A DNA stretch of 58,928 bases from an uncultured Elusimicrobiales bacterium (GCA_964520045.1 CAZFMJ010000007.1:1-58928), one strand, 5' to 3'. Positions 43,667 through 52,630 are shown, counted from the stretch's first letter. Numbers and translations: made by a program. The notes: generated from the sequence alone by a model not told the origin.

Positions 43667-46219
43667 ATGAAAACGCATTCATTTAACGTGATTCCCAATC
43701 TTCCTGAAAATCTTAAAAAACTGGCGGATATTTCCATGAACATGTGGTTTACATGGAATTGGGAAGCCATAATGATGATGGTGGGCATGGATGAAGGTTT
43801 ATGGCATAAATCCCATAGAAATCCGAAGTGGGTTCTGGGCAGTCTGCCCCCTGAAAGGCTGGATGAGCTCAGCCGCGATCCGGAGTTTTTGAAGCGTCTT
43901 GAAAGCGTATGGGGGCATTATCAGGATTATCTTAAAAGGCCGACATGGTTTGAAAAATACCGGTCTCCGCAGGAGGAAGGTTTTACCGCCGCGTATTTTT
44001 CAATGGAATACGGGATAGGAGAAGGTCTTCCGATATATTCGGGAGGACTCGGCATGCTTTCCGGAGATCATCTCAAAACTGCCAGCGATTTGGGGCTTCC
44101 GGTCATAGGCGTGGGCCTTCTTTATCAGAAGGGCTATATCCAGCAGGTGCTTAACCGTGATTTCTGGCAGGTGGAGCGCTATCCTGAAAATGACTGGTAT
44201 AATATGCCGGTCCAAATCGTCAATGACGGTTCGGATAAGCCGCTTCGCGTCGAAGTTCCGCTGGGCGACGAAATAATAAAGGCCGGGGTATGGAAAGTTC
44301 CCGTGGGCAGAACGTCTCTTTATCTTCTTGACACCAATATTCCTGATAATCCTCCGCATTACCGCGATATAACGGAACAGCTTTACGGGGGCGACCGCGA
44401 AACCAGAATACGGCAGGAAATAGTTCTGGGCGTGGGCGGAGTTAAAGCTCTTTCGGCCATGGGCATAAATCCCACCGTGTATCATATAAACGAGGGGCAT
44501 TCGGCATTCCTTCTTTTTGAAAGGATACGCATGCTTATGTCGGAAAATAAATTTTCTTTTTCCCAGGCGCGGGAAGCGGTGTGGGCAAGCTCCGTTTTTA
44601 CGACGCATACTCCGGTGATAGCAGGAAACGAGCATTTTGATCCAGGGCTTGTAAAACGCTACATGGAGCCGTATTCAAGACAGTTCGGCATTTCATGGGA
44701 TGAGTTCCTTAAAATGGGAAAAGAGGACGACAATTCGCCGTCCTTCTGCATGACCGTGGTGGCTCTGCGTCTTGCGGCTTTTCTTAATTCCGTAAGCCTT
44801 CTGCATCAGAAAACTTCAAGGAGCATGTGGCAGAAGGTCTGGCCCAGCCTTCCCGAGCATGAAATTCCGATACAAAATGTTACAAACGGCGTGCATACCT
44901 GCTCATGGGTGAGCCACGAGTACCACGAACTTTACCGGAAATACATAACGCAGGCGGGGCAAAGCTGTGACGCCGATATGGCGGATGCCGCGATGTGGGC
45001 AAAAGTGGAAAATATCCCCGACGAAGAATTATGGGGCGCCCATATAATACGCAAGAACAAGCTTTTTAATCTTGTGAGGGACAGGCTTAAAAGGCAGTTG
45101 ACCAGGCAGGGAGCGGATCCCACTGTGGTCGGCGATGTGAACGCGTTATTTGATCCGGGCCTGCTTACCATAGGTTTTGCCCGCAGGTTCGCAAGCTATA
45201 AACGGGCAAATCTCATTTTTAGGGATTTGGAAAGGCTTGAAGAAATAGTCAATAACAGCAAGATGCCGGTGCAGTTTATTTTTGCCGGGAAAGCGCATCA
45301 GGCCGACACCGTAGGCAAGGAGATAGTCAAGTCCGTAGCCAGACTGATGACTGATAAGCGGTTCAGGGGCCGCGTCGTTTTCGTAGAAGACTACAATATG
45401 AATGTGGCGCGCTATCTGGTGCAGGGAGTCGACGTGTGGCTTAACAATCCGATAAGGCCTATGGAGGCTTCGGGCACGAGCGGAATGAAGGCGGCCGTAA
45501 ACGGTGTGCTCAACCTGTCTGTTTTAGACGGCTGGTGGTGCGAAGGCTATTCTCCCGAGACAGGCTGGGCGGTAGGCGGAGCCGAGCAGTATAAGGATGA
45601 TGAAGAGCGGGATTATGTGGAATCGGAGGCGGTTTATAATCTCATACAGAAAGTGATAGCGCCGCTTTATTACAGGAAGGATGACAAGGGCATTTCGCGC
45701 GACTGGATGCGGATGATGAAATCCTCAATAAAAAAACTGGCTCCCGTATTTTCAACCCACAGAATGCTTCGCGAATATTACGACAGGTTTTATGTTCCGG
45801 CCAACCGCGCCTGCAGGAAACTGGCTTTTAACGGAGGGGCAAGAGAGGTCGCCGGGTGGCGCAGTAAGATAGAAATGAACTGGCCCATGGTGAAAGTAGC
45901 CGTGGAATCTTTCAAGCCCGACATGGAAATCCGGGCCGGCAATAAAGTGCCTGTAAGGGCAAAGGCATGGCTCGGAGAGCTTACTCCGGATGAAGTGGAA
46001 GTGCAGATTTATACCGGCAAAATAGACGCTTCCGGCAGTTTTATGAACGGAATGCCTGTTACTATGCATTCCGAAGGCAGGGACGGGGACGCATATGTTT
46101 TTGCCGCGGATATCCTGTGCGGAAAAAGCGGACGGCATAATTTTGCGGTAAGGGTGCTTCCCAAACACGGAGATCTGCCCCATTCGTTCATGCCGCTTTT
46201 TATAAAGTGGAATGAGTAA
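43667..46219 (+). CDS. glgP: Alpha-glucan phosphorylase (GT35, DUF3417-type N-terminus)
   Basis: MWFTWNWEA N-terminal motif. PLP-lysine motif EASGTSGMKAAVNG. ATG at 43667 follows AAGGGG. Confidence 0.9.
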   Translation: MKTHSFNVIPNLPENLKKLADISMNMWFTWNWEAIMMMVGMDEGLWHKSHRNPKWVLGSLPPERLDELSRDPEFLKRLESVWGHYQDYLKRPTWFEKYRSPQEEGFTAAYFSMEYGIGEGLPIYSGGLGMLSGDHLKTASDLGLPVIGVGLLYQKGYIQQVLNRDFWQVERYPENDWYNMPVQIVNDGSDKPLRVEVPLGDEIIKAGVWKVPVGRTSLYLLDTNIPDNPPHYRDITEQLYGGDRETRIRQEIVLGVGGVKALSAMGINPTVYHINEGHSAFLLFERIRMLMSENKFSFSQAREAVWASSVFTTHTPVIAGNEHFDPGLVKRYMEPYSRQFGISWDEFLKMGKEDDNSPSFCMTVVALRLAAFLNSVSLLHQKTSRSMWQKVWPSLPEHEIPIQNVTNGVHTCSWVSHEYHELYRKYITQAGQSCDADMADAAMWAKVENIPDEELWGAHIIRKNKLFNLVRDRLKRQLTRQGADPTVVGDVNALFDPGLLTIGFARRFASYKRANLIFRDLERLEEIVNNSKMPVQFIFAGKAHQADTVGKEIVKSVARLMTDKRFRGRVVFVEDYNMNVARYLVQGVDVWLNNPIRPMEASGTSGMKAAVNGVLNLSVLDGWWCEGYSPETGWAVGGAEQYKDDEERDYVESEAVYNLIQKVIAPLYYRKDDKGISRDWMRMMKSSIKKLAPVFSTHRMLREYYDRFYVPANRACRKLAFNGGAREVAGWRSKIEMNWPMVKVAVESFKPDMEIRAGNKVPVRAKAWLGELTPDEVEVQIYTGKIDASGSFMNGMPVTMHSEGRDGDAYVFAADILCGKSGRHNFAVRVLPKHGDLPHSFMPLFIKWNE

Positions 46220-46261
46220 GAAGATGGTAGACGGTAGAAGGTAAACGGGAGACGGTGAAAA
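46220..46261 (+). repeat. Heptamer array after the glgP stop
   Basis: GAAGATGGTAGACGGTAGAAGGTAAACGGGAGACGGTGAAAA. TAG/TAG/TAA at 46228, 46235 and 46242 fall in all three frames. Confidence 0.85.
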
Positions 46262-46350
46262 GCGGAGCCGTCATTCCTGCGAAAGCAGGAATCCAGACAC
46301 ATGATAGATTCCCGATTAAAGCGTTTGGGAAATGACAGGGAAAAAAGAGG

Positions 46351-46392
46351 ACTGGCAACTGGGTGTCTGGGTCGCTGGGAAACTGGTGATGA
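46351..46392 (+). repeat. Octamer-type array (G-rich orientation)
   Basis: ACTGGCAACTGGGTGTCTGGGTCGCTGGGAAACTGGTGATGA. Confidence 0.75.
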
Positions 46393-46531
46393 CTTATAAC
46401 TTCTTGAGGGTGGAAATATGAAATTAGGAATCAATATACCTCGCAGAATTGAATTTACAAGCATTAATTTTTAATGCTGTGAATTGTATCCGCAGTCCAT
46501 ACCTGCCTCTGAATTTTGCTAAACTTTTTAT

Positions 46532-47278
46532 ATGATCAGAACCATATTTCTTTTTGCATTTCTATTATTTCCGTCTCTGGCGTCCGCTTCGGAAGTCGAT
46601 GTGGAGAAGATAGTGCGGGAGGTGGATAAGCTTTACCGGAGCAGCGCCAGCTATGCCGAGATGTCCATGACGATCGAGACTCCCGACTGGAAAAGGACGC
46701 TTGAGATGAAAGCCTGGACGCGGACCATGGATGAGACTTTCATAAGAATACTTTCTCCCAAAAAGGACGCGGGCATAGCGACATTGCGCAGGGGCAAAGA
46801 GATGTGGAATTATTATCCCAAAGTCGACAAGGTGTTAAAAGTCCCTCCTTCAATGATGATGGGCTCATGGATGGGCTCGGATTTTACCAATGACGATCTG
46901 GTTAAAGAGTCCTCATTTCTGGAGGACTATAATTACAGGCTGATTACTCCGAAAAAACCTCTTGCGGATTATTACTATATTGAATTTATTCCTAAAACCC
47001 AGACCGTCACGGTGTGGGGTAAAATAATAATCGCGGCGCGCAAAAAAGATTATATCCCGGTCGAAGAATCCTTTTTTGACGAAAAGGGCGTTTTGATGCG
47101 GGTGATGTGGCTAAGCGATATAAAGGAAATGGGTGGCAAACTCATACCTGCTTTCATAGAAATTATTCCGCGCAGCAAAGAAGGCCAAAAAACCACACTG
47201 CGCTACAAAACGGCGGTTTTCGCAACCAGTATAAACAGCGACGTATTCACTTTAAGAAATCTCAGGAGAAGAGATTAA
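46532..47278 (+). CDS. LolA-like outer membrane lipoprotein-sorting protein
   Basis: Signal peptide. A 248-aa LolA_like-type sequence (SYAEMSMTIETPDWKRTLEMKAWT...GSDFTNDDL). Located directly upstream of the FtsX-type permeases. Confidence 0.75.
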   Translation: MIRTIFLFAFLLFPSLASASEVDVEKIVREVDKLYRSSASYAEMSMTIETPDWKRTLEMKAWTRTMDETFIRILSPKKDAGIATLRRGKEMWNYYPKVDKVLKVPPSMMMGSWMGSDFTNDDLVKESSFLEDYNYRLITPKKPLADYYYIEFIPKTQTVTVWGKIIIAARKKDYIPVEESFFDEKGVLMRVMWLSDIKEMGGKLIPAFIEIIPRSKEGQKTTLRYKTAVFATSINSDVFTLRNLRRRD

Positions 47279-47427
47279 GACAGCGAGACGGCTAGGCGGC
47301 GAGACAGCGAGGCCGCAAGACGGCTGGACAGCGGTCTGGCAGCTCAGCTGCCCAGCCGTCCAGCAGTCTAGCCTTCTTAAACTGATGGTTCCGGCGGTCC
47401 AGCCGTCCAGCAGTCTAGCTTTTTTAT
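47279..47427. repeat. Composite octamer unit filling the LolA-like/FtsX spacer
   Basis: GACAGCGAGACGGCTAGGCGGCGAGACAGCGAGGCCGCAAGACGGCTGGACAGCGG, then inverted GCTGCCCAGCCGTCCAGCAGTCTAGCC and GGTCCAGCCGTCCAGCAGTCTAGC. Confidence 0.85.
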
Positions 47428-48636
47428 ATGCTGCTAAAACTTGCGTTCCGCAATATTTTCAGGCAGAAGAGGCGGTCTTTTCTCACTGGGCTTACTATCG
47501 CCATGGGGACTTTTCTCTGCGCTGTTTTTTTGGGGATAAGCGAGGGAAGCTATTCCCGCCTCATAGACGCCTTCACGCGCGATCACACCGGCCATATCCA
47601 AATACACAGGAAAGGATATCCGGACAAGCCGGTTCTTTGTAAAACCATAAACGGGCTTGATGAAATAGAAAAGGCGCTTGCGGGCCGTTCCGAGGTGGTT
47701 TCATGGACGTCGAGGATCACCGCGCCGGCCATGGCGTTTTACGGCAATAGATCAACCTCTGTAAGAGTTATCGGAATAGACGGGAGGAAAGAGCCGCTTA
47801 CCACCAGATTTATGCGGAAAATACGTTCCGGCAGTTTCTTTTCATCCGCAGGAAACGAGGTAATTTTGGGCGCGGGCGCCGCAAAAATACTGGGCGCGCG
47901 GACAGGCGGTGAAATAGCGCTTATAAGTCAGGCGGGGGACGGCTCCGTAGCCAATGCTGTTTTTACCGTCTCCGGCGTGATAGGAAAGGACAACGATTCT
48001 TACGAGCGGCTGAACTGCTATATGGAAATCCGGACAGCCGGCAGTTTTTTCGCGCTGGAAAACAGATATCATGAAATAGCGGTTCTGTTAAAAAAGCCGT
48101 CGCTTTCAGTTAAAACGGCGCAATTAATAAATAACGCCCTTAACAATTCCGATCTGGAGGCATTGCCGTGGCAGGAGATTGAAAAGCCTTTTTATAAGGC
48201 GATGAAAGCCGACAAAAAAGGCAATACGATAATGCTGGTGATAATACTTGTTCTTATGGCCGTGGGAGTGCTCAATACTGTGCTTATGACGATACTCGAG
48301 CGCACCCGCGAATTCGGCATATTGAAAGCTCTGGGCTCCAGGCCTTCCGGCATATTTTTGCTCATAGTCTTGGAAACGGTTTTCCTTGCGGTTGTTTCGG
48401 TGTGCGCCGGCATTGCGATGGGCATGGCCGCGAATTTCCTGCTTGGAAAATACGGGATACCTTCCGGCCCCGCAGTTGAGATAGGGGGGATAAGGTTTGA
48501 AAAAATATACGGCAAGGTTTCATTCTATACCGTCTGGGCTCCTTCTTCGGCGGCGTTCTTGTCGGCCCTGCTTGTGAGCCTGCTCCCGGCTTTGCGCGCC
48601 GCAAGAATCGTGCCGGTAAAGGCTATAAGAGAATAA
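47428..48636 (+). CDS. ABC transporter permease, FtsX/MacB/LolC type
   Basis: LKLAFRNIFRQKRRSFLT N-terminus, a large periplasmic loop and a C-terminal 3-TM FtsX domain (REFGILKALG). Confidence 0.85.
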   Translation: MLLKLAFRNIFRQKRRSFLTGLTIAMGTFLCAVFLGISEGSYSRLIDAFTRDHTGHIQIHRKGYPDKPVLCKTINGLDEIEKALAGRSEVVSWTSRITAPAMAFYGNRSTSVRVIGIDGRKEPLTTRFMRKIRSGSFFSSAGNEVILGAGAAKILGARTGGEIALISQAGDGSVANAVFTVSGVIGKDNDSYERLNCYMEIRTAGSFFALENRYHEIAVLLKKPSLSVKTAQLINNALNNSDLEALPWQEIEKPFYKAMKADKKGNTIMLVIILVLMAVGVLNTVLMTILERTREFGILKALGSRPSGIFLLIVLETVFLAVVSVCAGIAMGMAANFLLGKYGIPSGPAVEIGGIRFEKIYGKVSFYTVWAPSSAAFLSALLVSLLPALRAARIVPVKAIRE

Positions 48637-48742
48637 GAAGACGGTAAACGGTAGACGGGAGAAGGTAGACGGAAAAATATACCGAGGAAAATTTAATACC
48701 GTTTTTGTTTTACCGTCTCCCGTTTACCATCTACCTTCTACC
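48637..48742. repeat. Composite heptamer unit (core type 1) between the two FtsX genes
   Basis: GAAGACGGTAAACGGTAGACGGGAGAAGGTAGACGG / AAAAATATACCGAGGAAAATTTAATACCGTTTTTGTTTT / ACCGTCTCCCGTTTACCATCTACCTTCTACCG. Confidence 0.9.
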
Positions 48743-48782
48743 GATTAAAAAGGCGGAAAGGTTGAAAACAGAGACTTATAAT

Positions 48783-49988
48783 ATGTTATTAAAACTTTCT
48801 TTGCGCAATATTTTAAGGAACAGGCGGAGGACGTTTCTCACCGGCCTTGTGATAGGCATCGGGCTTGCCGCGCTGATGTTTACCGATTCCCTTGTCATAG
48901 GCACGCGCGAAAATATGACGCATGCGGTTACCGACACGTTTCTTGGAAACGGGCAGATACATTCCGCGGGCTTCAGGGAAACGCTTGATTCCGCTCTTAC
49001 TGTTAAAAAACCGGAAAAGCTGTCCGCTCTTCTTGATAATGATCCGCAGGTTAAGGCCTGGAGTCCCCGCGCCTTGGCTTACGGCATGATTTCTTCTCCA
49101 GCTAATATCGCTCCCGCCGTAGTCTACGGCATAGAACCTTTAGCTGAAAGGCGCGTGTCCAAAATAGCGCAGGCGGTAAAAGAGGGCGGTTATCTTGAAG
49201 TCTCCGGAGGCGGCGCAAACCAGATCCTCATAGGCAGGAAACTTGCCGAAACAATGGAGGCCGGGATAGGCGATAAGCTGGTAGCCACCGTATCTCACGC
49301 CGGCACCGGCGGACTCAGCCAGGAGCTTTTCCGCGTGAAGGGGATCTTTGAATTCGGGGACAGGGAAATGGACGGCAGAATGGTTTTTGTAAATCTTGAG
49401 ACCGCGCAAAGTCTTCTGGGAATAAATAAAAACTTCCATGAGATAGCGGTAAGGACCGATGAAACGGCGGCGGATAATTTCTGGAAAAAATATTCGGGAG
49501 ACGGCAATGAGTCGCTGGGCTGGAAAGAGCTTCTGCCTGAGATGAGCTCGGCTCTCGATTTCGCCGATTTTTCCACGCTTATACTGGGGGTGATAATATT
49601 TGCGGTTGTCTGCGTGGGGGTCGTAAATACGCTTTTCATGTCAATATACGAGCGGATGTTCGAGTTCGGGATATTAAGAGCGGTGGGCACAAGGTCTTTT
49701 TCAATGGCCGGGATAATAATGCTTGAGGCGGGATGGCTTTCTTTTTTCAGCATGATAATAGGGGCTGTTCTGGGATGGGCGGTAATTTATATAGTTTCAA
49801 GAACAGGCATACGCTATGAGGGGATTGAACTTGCAGGCGTGACCATATACAGCATTTACCCTGTTCTGCAGGCAAGGCAGTTTTTCGTATTTCCGGCCTA
49901 TGTCTTTATTCTGACGCTGTTGGCGGCTTTATACCCGGCTTTTTACGCCTCAAGAATAACGCCGGTAAAAGCAATGAGGCATGAATAA
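48783..49988 (+). CDS. ABC transporter permease, FtsX/MacB/LolC type (paralog)
   Basis: The track ORF 48705 begins inside a repeat (MFYRLPFTIYLLP). The true start is MLLKLSLRNILRNRRRTF at 48783. FEFGILRAVG motif. Confidence 0.85.
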   Translation: MLLKLSLRNILRNRRRTFLTGLVIGIGLAALMFTDSLVIGTRENMTHAVTDTFLGNGQIHSAGFRETLDSALTVKKPEKLSALLDNDPQVKAWSPRALAYGMISSPANIAPAVVYGIEPLAERRVSKIAQAVKEGGYLEVSGGGANQILIGRKLAETMEAGIGDKLVATVSHAGTGGLSQELFRVKGIFEFGDREMDGRMVFVNLETAQSLLGINKNFHEIAVRTDETAADNFWKKYSGDGNESLGWKELLPEMSSALDFADFSTLILGVIIFAVVCVGVVNTLFMSIYERMFEFGILRAVGTRSFSMAGIIMLEAGWLSFFSMIIGAVLGWAVIYIVSRTGIRYEGIELAGVTIYSIYPVLQARQFFVFPAYVFILTLLAALYPAFYASRITPVKAMRHE

Positions 49989-50022
49989 GAAGAAGGTAGA
50001 CGGAAGAAATAAGAGGGTAGAC
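49989..50022 (+). repeat. Heptamer arm after the FtsX stop, immediately 5' of REP copy 10
   Basis: GAAGAAGGTAGACGGAAGAAATAAGAGGGTAGACGG. Confidence 0.8.
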
Positions 50023-50093
50023 GGCCCATTCCTTCCTCAAAAGCAGTGAGAATGGGCCGCCCCAAACTCACTGATTTTAATGATTGTTTGGGG
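50023..50093 (+). repeat. REP-like element, copy 10
   Basis: GCCCATTCCTTCCTCAAAAGCAGTGAGAATGGGCCGCCCCAAACTCACTGATTTTAATGATTGTTTGGGGCG. Confidence 0.8.
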
Positions 50094-50210
50094 CGGGAGA
50101 TGGTAGATGGTAGACGGAAGAAAATAAGAGGGGAAACCGAGAAAAAATCACCTTATGTCTTTTTCTTTATTTATTGTACCTTCTACCGTCTACCTTTTAC
50201 CGTTTACCCT
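50094..50210. repeat. Composite heptamer unit (core type 2) before the ABC ATPase gene
   Basis: GGAGATGGTAGATGGTAGACGG ... ACCTTATGTCTTTTTCTTTATTTATTGTACC / TTCTACCGTCTACCTTTTACCGTTTACCC. Confidence 0.9.
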
Positions 50211-50220
50211 CTGCTGATTT

Positions 50221-50946
50221 ATGAACATTCAAAATAAACCAGTCCCTGTGATAGACGTTGAAAAGGTGAGCAAAATATACGGCTCCGGCGAAACCGCCGT
50301 CACGGCGGTAAATTCGGTTTCAGTAAAGATATATCAGGGAGAATTTACCGCCATAATAGGTCCTTCGGGGTCCGGAAAATCCACTCTGCTTAATATCATA
50401 GGGGGGCTGGATATTCCGTCTTCCGGAAGCGTATTGCTTTCCGGAAAGTCTATAAGCGCGATGACAGGCAGGGAGCTTTCTGATTTCAGGCGCGATAGGA
50501 TAGGCTTTGTTTTTCAGTCATACAATCTTATTCCCGTTCTCAATGTGGCGGAAAATGTTGAATATATCATGCTTCTTCAGGGGATAGGCTCCGCTGAGCG
50601 CAGGCACAGGGTCATGGAGATGCTTGAGGAAGTGGGATTAGGCGATAAGGCGGAAAGAAAACCCAACCAGCTGTCCGGCGGTCAGCAGCAGAGGGCGGCG
50701 ATAGCAAGAGCGATGGTTTCAAAACCCGATATAATACTTGCCGATGAGCCTACCGCAAATCTGGATTCGGCCTCCGGCATAGCCCTTGTGGAGATGATGC
50801 GGGCCATCAATGAGAAAAGAAAAGTCACTTTTGTCTTTTCAACGCATGACTATAAAATAATAGAAAGAGCAAAACGCATGATAACTCTCAGGGATGGAGC
50901 GGTGGTGGAAGACGGTAAACGGGAAACGGTAGATGGTAGACGGTAA
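50221..50946 (+). CDS. ABC transporter ATP-binding protein (LolD/MacB type)
   Basis: GPSGSGKST, LSGGQQQRAAIARA and ILADEPT. The last ~12 aa (EDGKRETVDGRR) come from the heptamer array. Confidence 0.9.
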   Translation: MNIQNKPVPVIDVEKVSKIYGSGETAVTAVNSVSVKIYQGEFTAIIGPSGSGKSTLLNIIGGLDIPSSGSVLLSGKSISAMTGRELSDFRRDRIGFVFQSYNLIPVLNVAENVEYIMLLQGIGSAERRHRVMEMLEEVGLGDKAERKPNQLSGGQQQRAAIARAMVSKPDIILADEPTANLDSASGIALVEMMRAINEKRKVTFVFSTHDYKIIERAKRMITLRDGAVVEDGKRETVDGRR

Positions 50947-51044
50947 AAAGGAAACAGAAGAGGGAAAATAGAAAAGAAAATTACCTTATGTCTTTTTCTT
51001 GATTTTTTGTACCTTCTACCATCTCCCATTTACCATCTACCTCT
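50907..51044. repeat. Composite heptamer unit (core type 2) overlapping the ABC ATPase 3' end
   Basis: GGAAGACGGTAAACGGGAAACGGTAGATGGTAGACGGTAAAAAGG ... ACCTTATGTCTTTTTCTTGATTTTTTGTACC / TTCTACCATCTCCCATTTACCATCTACC. Confidence 0.9.
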
Positions 51045-51048
51045 CAAT

Positions 51049-52305
51049 ATGAAAACGCTATTTTATGTAGAACTAGCTGCTTTAGTTTTTCTTTTTTCTG
51101 CGGGGGCGCGGGCGGGGGATATTGTAAAGACGGACGGGTATGTGAAAAGCTATTTTTATGCGATATCTCCCGAGCCTGGCGCTGTCGGCGCAAAAAATTC
51201 GCATATTTTTGAACTTCCTTCCAGGATCAAGCTGTCGGCTGAGCCGTTGGGCGGGCTGTATCTGGAAACCGCGTATGAAATTTCGGCGCGGTTTCAGGAT
51301 AAAGACGCGGTGTCATTGAATTCCGGTCAGGCTCTTCGGGCGGGGGTTTCGGCATACAGGGCTTATGATTTAAACCGGAGACTTTATCCCGCAAGCGGAG
51401 CGTCCGCCGGAGACAGATTTTTTTTATTTCAGAATCTGGACCGGCTTATGGCAAGATATTCCGCGGGGCCCGCTGATTTTTACATAGGCAGACAGCCGGT
51501 AAGTTTCGGGTCCGCGAGAGTAGTAAATCCCACGGATATTATTGCTCCTTTTAATTACGGGGCGATAGACAAGGAATACAGTTCGGGGGTCGACGCGGCT
51601 ATAGCCAGAGTATCGTTTGGCGGAATGTCTTCTGTGTCCGGAGGAGTTATAGCCGGCAATAAAGCGAATTCAAATGAAAGCGCCGCATTTGTAAAGGCGG
51701 AAATCCCTGTTCCGGAGGGGATGGTTTCGCTTCTGGGTTCGATTTTTTCTGGTAATATGCTGGCCGGTTTCGACCTGCAGAGGTCCATGAAAGGGGCGGG
51801 TTTCTGGCTTGAAACGGCATATGTCAGAACCTCCATATCCATGCCTTCCGCGGTCAGGGAGGAATATTCAAGGCTTTCCACCGGGCTTGACTACAGTTTC
51901 GGGCATGGCTTTTACGGCCTTGCGGAATACCATTATAACGGGGCGGGCTCCGCTCATGCTGGTGATTACGGCTCTAGGGCATATAAAACCGCCTACAGGG
52001 AGGCCGGCGTTTTTCTTCTTGGAAGGCACTATTTTATCCCGTCGCTCAGCTATGAGGCGTACGGGCTTTTAAGAATTTATGCAAGCTCCATATTTAATGT
52101 TCAGGATAGATCGGTTTTCGCCTCTCCGCGCATTGAATATAATTTTGCGCAGGATTTTTTTGCGGACTTGGGCGCATTCGTCAATGTCGGCAGGAGCGTG
52201 CGGTATAGCGTATCTCCTTTGACCGGAATAAGCCTTCCTTCCGCGCGTTCCGAATTCGGCGCATACTCAGATCTTTATTATTTTTCCGCAAGATATTATT
52301 TTTAA
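51049..52305 (+). CDS. Putative outer-membrane beta-barrel protein
   Basis: Start at MKTLFYVELAALVFLFSAGARA (signal peptide). Alternating-hydrophobicity strands. Aromatic C-terminus ...YYFSARYYF. Confidence 0.55.
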   Translation: MKTLFYVELAALVFLFSAGARAGDIVKTDGYVKSYFYAISPEPGAVGAKNSHIFELPSRIKLSAEPLGGLYLETAYEISARFQDKDAVSLNSGQALRAGVSAYRAYDLNRRLYPASGASAGDRFFLFQNLDRLMARYSAGPADFYIGRQPVSFGSARVVNPTDIIAPFNYGAIDKEYSSGVDAAIARVSFGGMSSVSGGVIAGNKANSNESAAFVKAEIPVPEGMVSLLGSIFSGNMLAGFDLQRSMKGAGFWLETAYVRTSISMPSAVREEYSRLSTGLDYSFGHGFYGLAEYHYNGAGSAHAGDYGSRAYKTAYREAGVFLLGRHYFIPSLSYEAYGLLRIYASSIFNVQDRSVFASPRIEYNFAQDFFADLGAFVNVGRSVRYSVSPLTGISLPSARSEFGAYSDLYYFSARYYF

Positions 52306-52365
52306 ATTAAGTTTTGTAATATCTATAAAGGGATTACATCAGGTCGTTTAGGCTGAAGACTGATA

Positions 52366-52443
52366 AAGACGGGAGATGGAAGACGGTAAATGGTAGACGG
52401 GAAAAATATACACGAGAGAATTTGTGTCTGTTTTTGTTTTGCC
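52366..52443 (+). repeat. Heptamer arm plus core type 1, 5' of REP copy 11
   Basis: GACGGGAGATGGAAGACGGTAAATGGTAGACGGG / AAAAATATACACGAGAGAATTTGTGTCTGTTTTTGTTTTGCCG. Confidence 0.85.
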
Positions 52444-52518
52444 GCCCCATTCTTTCAACTAAAGCCTTGAGAATGGGACTGTCCCAAACCCAACTGCCTT
52501 TAAGGAATCGTTTGGGAC
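52444..52518 (+). repeat. REP-like element, copy 11
   Basis: GCCCCATTCTTTCAACTAAAGCCTTGAGAATGGGACTGTCCCAAACCCAACTGCCTTTAAGGAATCGTTTGGGAC. Confidence 0.8.
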
Positions 52519-52550
52519 GTCTACCGTCTCCCATCTACCGTTTACCTTCT
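52518..52550 (-). repeat. Inverted heptamer arm, 3' of REP copy 11
   Basis: CGTCTACCGTCTCCCATCTACCGTTTACCTTC. Confidence 0.85.
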
Positions 52551-52630
52551 TATACATGAAACCTAATAAATTTTCCAAGGGAAAACACCAGTATACGAAA
52601 TGGGGACGCAACTTTAAGGAGGTGCGCACT

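Noticed and set aside
46262-46340. Hairpin GTCATTCCTGCGAAAGCAGGAATCC after glgP.
   Set aside because: It resembles a short palindromic repeat that I recall as widespread across many bacterial genomes. There is only a single copy here and no further context.
48705-48782. N-terminal extensions of track ORFs: 48705, 51007, 41922, 43634, 52556, 24438, 10533 and 27056-29146.
   Set aside because: The extensions are read from repeat arms or lack an RBS. Internal ATGs with a good Shine-Dalgarno sequence give canonical N-termini or signal peptides, so the starts were moved.
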